Below, one piece after another: positions 60,684 through 64,000 of a DNA stretch of 64,000 nt. Under the pieces are notes generated by a model, which saw only the letters and a program-made list of their open reading frames with translations, was not told the origin of the DNA and ran no database searches. The translations under genes were made by a program, and so were the position numbers. Origin of the DNA: an uncultured Propionivibrio sp. (GTDB lineage: Bacteria > Pseudomonadota > Gammaproteobacteria > Burkholderiales > Rhodocyclaceae); NCBI RefSeq assembly GCF_963666255.2, contig NZ_CAXXPH010000001.1, positions 664,551 to 728,550 on the forward strand, given 5' to 3'. Position 1 is the first letter of the stretch. The number at the start of each line of letters is the position of its first letter.

Positions 60684-62282
60684 ATGACGCCACGCTCTCG
60701 TTTCCTGAAGGCACTGACGACCCTGATCCTGTGCATCGCACTAGGTGTGATCACGGGGTGCGCCAGCGTACCGCCTTCCGGCGCACTGCCCGACGCGGGC
60801 GTTACTCCGACGCCAGGTGAAGCGGCGAAACGAAGCGAGGCGAAGCCCCGGACCAGGCCGTCTTCCGCCGCCGCCACCGCGATGCCGCTCCAGACCTACG
60901 AGATCGCGACCGAACCGGTCGCGATGCCGACAGTCGATCTGACAGCCGAACCGGACGACATCCTGCAGAGAATCCGCAACGGATTCTCCATGCCGGACAT
61001 CAACAACGACCTCGTGCTGTCGCATCAGCAGTGGTATCTGAACCGCCCGGACTACCTGCGTCGCATGGTCGAGCGCAGCAGCCCCTTCCTGCATCACATC
61101 GTCGAGGAAATCGAGAAGCGCGGCATGCCGATGGAACTGGCGCTGCTGCCGATGGTGGAGAGCGCGTACAACCCGTCGGCTTACTCGCGCGCCAAGGCTT
61201 CGGGCCTGTGGCAGTTCATTCCGGCCACCGGCAAACGCTACAAGCTGGACCAGAACTGGTGGAAAGACGAGCGACGCGACATCGTCGCCTCGACAGCGGC
61301 AGCGCTCGAATACCTGCAGTCGATCTACGAGATGCACGGCGACTGGCATCTGGCGCTGGCTTCCTACAACTGGGGCGAAGGCGCCGTCGCCAAGGCCGTC
61401 AACAAGAACCGCGCGCTCGACCTGCCGACCGACTACCTCAGCCTGACGATGCCACGCGAGACGCAAAACTACGTCCCCAAACTGCAGGCGCTCAAGAACA
61501 TCTTCAGCAACCCGACGCTGCTCAGCGAACTCGGCATCCCGCAGATTCCCAACCGCCCCTATTTCGCAACGATCAGCAAGTCGGCCAATATCGACGTCAA
61601 GGTCGCCGCCCAACTGGCCGGCATGCCGGTACAAGAATTCCTCGCGCTGAACCCGGCGCACAACCGCGCCGTCATCGTCTCCGACAGCCCGATGGTCATC
61701 CCGGCCGAGAAGGTCGACGATTTCGTCAGCAATCTTGAAGCGCACGAGGAAAACAACAAGCCCTTGTCGGCCTGGCAGTCCTACACGCTGCGACCCGGCG
61801 ACCGGCTCGAATCGGTGGCGCCGCGCTTCGGCATGTCGGTCGCCAACCTCAAGGCGGCCAATGGCATCAAGGGACGCATCCGGGTGACACCGGGGCTCAC
61901 CCTGCTGGTCGCCCGACACGGCGGCGCCGACATGACACCGCTGCCGGGACAGCCGCGCCTGCCCGAAGCCGACCCCGGACCGGCGGTACGCCGGCACACC
62001 GTCGCCAAGGGCGAGACGCTGCCCGGCATCGCCCGGCGTTACGACGTTTCGCTCGCCGAACTGCGTCGTCTCAACCACCTCAAGACCGACACGGTCAGTG
62101 TCGGCACCCGCCTGCTGCTGGCCTCGGCAGCAAAGCCGGCGACGCGAAGCGACAAGCCGGTCAGCAAATCCCCGGCCAAACCAGCGCCCCGCGCTGCCGC
62201 CGCAAAGCCCGTCGCCACACCGGCCAAGGCTGCGCCGAAACCGGCGCCTGCCCCGGCCAAAAAGCCCGCCGCCAAGAAATAG
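60684..62282 (+). CDS. mltD: Membrane-bound lytic murein transglycosylase D (SLT plus LysM repeats)
   Basis: Lipobox ITGC, LP.VESAYNP, GLWQFIPATG, ASYNWGEG, ETQNYVPK, two LysM repeats, Pro/Ala/Lys-rich tail. Confidence 0.9.
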   Translation: MTPRSRFLKALTTLILCIALGVITGCASVPPSGALPDAGVTPTPGEAAKRSEAKPRTRPSSAAATAMPLQTYEIATEPVAMPTVDLTAEPDDILQRIRNGFSMPDINNDLVLSHQQWYLNRPDYLRRMVERSSPFLHHIVEEIEKRGMPMELALLPMVESAYNPSAYSRAKASGLWQFIPATGKRYKLDQNWWKDERRDIVASTAAALEYLQSIYEMHGDWHLALASYNWGEGAVAKAVNKNRALDLPTDYLSLTMPRETQNYVPKLQALKNIFSNPTLLSELGIPQIPNRPYFATISKSANIDVKVAAQLAGMPVQEFLALNPAHNRAVIVSDSPMVIPAEKVDDFVSNLEAHEENNKPLSAWQSYTLRPGDRLESVAPRFGMSVANLKAANGIKGRIRVTPGLTLLVARHGGADMTPLPGQPRLPEADPGPAVRRHTVAKGETLPGIARRYDVSLAELRRLNHLKTDTVSVGTRLLLASAAKPATRSDKPVSKSPAKPAPRAAAAKPVATPAKAAPKPAPAPAKKPAAKK

Positions 62283-62374
62283 GCTGTCTCCCGGCTGCGC
62301 CGCCGTCACCGCGGATTGAATCCCGCGGACACACACCCATCTAAGCGATAGTTTCAGACGATGGAGAGCGCTTC

Positions 62375-63478
62375 ATGATGCCACTTCACAGGTTCCGGCA
62401 GCGTGCCCTGCTCGCGGCGGCCGCGCTGTTCCTGATCGCTGCCGGCGCCGCCGCCCAAGGCAATGCCGCCGCGCCGCGGCCCGTCACCCCGCGCGGCGAA
62501 CTGACCAGCGACGAGCGATCGACGATCGACCTGTTCGAGCGCTCGCGCGAGTCGGTCGTGTTCATCACCACGCGATCGCAGGTCCGGGACTTCTGGACGC
62601 GCAACGTCTACTCGGTCCCGCGCGGCACCGGCTCTGGCTTCATCTGGGACGAAGCCGGCCACGTCATCACCAACTTCCACGTCATCGAAAACGCCAGCGA
62701 AGCGATCGTCAAGCTGGCCGACGGCCGCGAATTCAAGGCTTCGCTCGTCGGCGCCTCGCGTGCGCACGATCTCGCCGTGCTGCGCATCGGCGTCGCCGCG
62801 CGCCGGCCGGCACCGGTCCCGATCGGCACCAGCCACGACCTGCGCGTTGGCCAGAAGGTGCTGGCGATCGGCAACCCCTTCGGCCTTGACTGGACGCTGA
62901 CGACCGGCATCGTCTCCGCCCTCGACCGCTCCCTGAGCGGCGACGACGGCTATACCATCAATCATCTGATCCAGACCGACGCGGCGATCAACCCCGGCAA
63001 TTCGGGCGGCCCGCTGCTCGACTCGGCCGGGCGCCTGATCGGCGTCAATACCGCCATCTACAGCCCCAGCGGCAGCAGCGCCGGCATCGGTTTCGCGGTG
63101 CCGGTCGACACCGTCAATCGCGTCGTACCGCAGCTCATCCGGTCGGGAAAATACACGCGCCCCAGCCTCGGCGTCGAACTCGACGAAGACCTCAACCGTC
63201 GCCTGTCACGGCTGCTCGAAGTCTCCGGCGTCGTTGTCCTGCGCGTCGGCACTGGCACACCGGCTGCCAATGCCGGACTGAAGGGACTGACGATCCTGCG
63301 CAACGGTGACGTCACCGCCGGCGACATCATCACGGCGGTCGAAGGGAAACCGGTCGACAGCGTCGGCAAGCTGCTCGCCCGCCTCGACGATTTCCGCGTC
63401 GGCGACACGGTCAGAATCAGCGTGCTGCGCAACGGCAAGACGATCGAACTGCGCCTCGCGCTGCAGGCCGGCACCTGA
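62375..63478 (+). CDS. S1C (HtrA/DegP-like) serine protease with a single PDZ domain
   Basis: Signal peptide, GTGSGF, TNFHV, DLAVL, QTDAAINPGNSGGPL. Confidence 0.92.
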   Translation: MMPLHRFRQRALLAAAALFLIAAGAAAQGNAAAPRPVTPRGELTSDERSTIDLFERSRESVVFITTRSQVRDFWTRNVYSVPRGTGSGFIWDEAGHVITNFHVIENASEAIVKLADGREFKASLVGASRAHDLAVLRIGVAARRPAPVPIGTSHDLRVGQKVLAIGNPFGLDWTLTTGIVSALDRSLSGDDGYTINHLIQTDAAINPGNSGGPLLDSAGRLIGVNTAIYSPSGSSAGIGFAVPVDTVNRVVPQLIRSGKYTRPSLGVELDEDLNRRLSRLLEVSGVVVLRVGTGTPAANAGLKGLTILRNGDVTAGDIITAVEGKPVDSVGKLLARLDDFRVGDTVRISVLRNGKTIELRLALQAGT

Positions 63479-63511
63479 GGGCCGGCGCGTCTGCCGACCG
63501 CGGCCCGCCGC

Positions 63512-64000
63512 TCAGCCGCCGGTCCGACGCGACAGGTAGCCGGCAAGCTCCTTGTCGACCTTGAGGATGTGGTTGAGCAGCCAGTCGCGGATGAAGGCCA
63601 TCAGTTCGATGCTGATCGCCGCTTTGCCGCTGTCGAACTTCTCCTTGAAGGCGCTGACTTCCTCGACCAGCTTGCGATGTGCTTCCTTGTGCGCATCGCT
63701 CTGCGGATAGCGGTGCTTGCGCATTTCGCCTTCCTCGTAGCCGAAGTGCTGGACGGTATAGTCGACGAGTTCGTTGAGCACGCGTCCCGACGCCTCCGCC
63801 CCGGCACCGCTGTGCATCGCCGAATTGAGCTCATTGGCGATCTCGACCAGGCGCTGGTGCTGCGTATCAATTTCGGCATAACCCACCGCCAGCGCCGGCG
63901 ACCACTCGATCAACGGCTTCACTGAAGTGTTCTGACGCCGCGCCGCCCCGACCGCATGCTCACCGAGCTTGAAACGCCGCGTCATCTGGAACAGTTCGTT
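63512..64000 (-). CDS. Bacteriohemerythrin domain, probably the C-terminus of an MCP-hemerythrin fusion; 5' end lies outside the window
   Basis: W...IDTQH, HFGYEE, HKEAH, HILKVD iron ligands. Frame open to base 64000, reading NELFQMTRRFKLG. Confidence 0.85.
   Translation of the reverse strand, partial: NELFQMTRRFKLGEHAVGAARRQNTSVKPLIEWSPALAVGYAEIDTQHQRLVEIANELNSAMHSGAGAEASGRVLNELVDYTVQHFGYEEGEMRKHRYPQSDAHKEAHRKLVEEVSAFKEKFDSGKAAISIELMAFIRDWLLNHILKVDKELAGYLSRRTGG

Overview
GC-rich betaproteobacterial chromosome segment. Protein style and gene order point to Rhodocyclaceae; a fermentative Propionivibrio/Rhodocyclus-like organism is an inference from pfl, aspA and TRAP genes. It is mostly core genome: the 3' end of an RND efflux operon with three small tail genes, a cysB/cysI-DUF934-cysH-cysD-cysN sulfate assimilation cluster, a LysR/aspA/racemase module, an MCP, terC, tyrS, an FNT-pflB-pflA operon, a complete nuoA-N operon, tRNA-Leu(GAG)-secG-tpiA-glmM, an EAL-CBS-GGDEF/TRAP/CYTH-CHAD block separating folP from glmM, ftsH-rlmE-yhbY-greA-carAB-dapB-bamE, a SprA-like HExxH protein, mltD, an S1C protease and the tail of a probable MCP-hemerythrin fusion. 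No transposase, integrase, prophage or CRISPR array was seen. The best leads are non-coding or subtle: a ~180-nt structured nuoA leader with a tRNA-like CCA-ended stem, a carA promoter followed by GGUUUU and a strong terminator, a NirC-type channel heading the PFL operon, an ATTGCC...GGCAAT palindrome upstream of both the pfl and nuo promoters, and a one-codon deletion in the conserved NuoH acidic loop. Starts were adjusted by eye to likely RBS/homology positions. All family assignments come from recalled motifs, not database searches.
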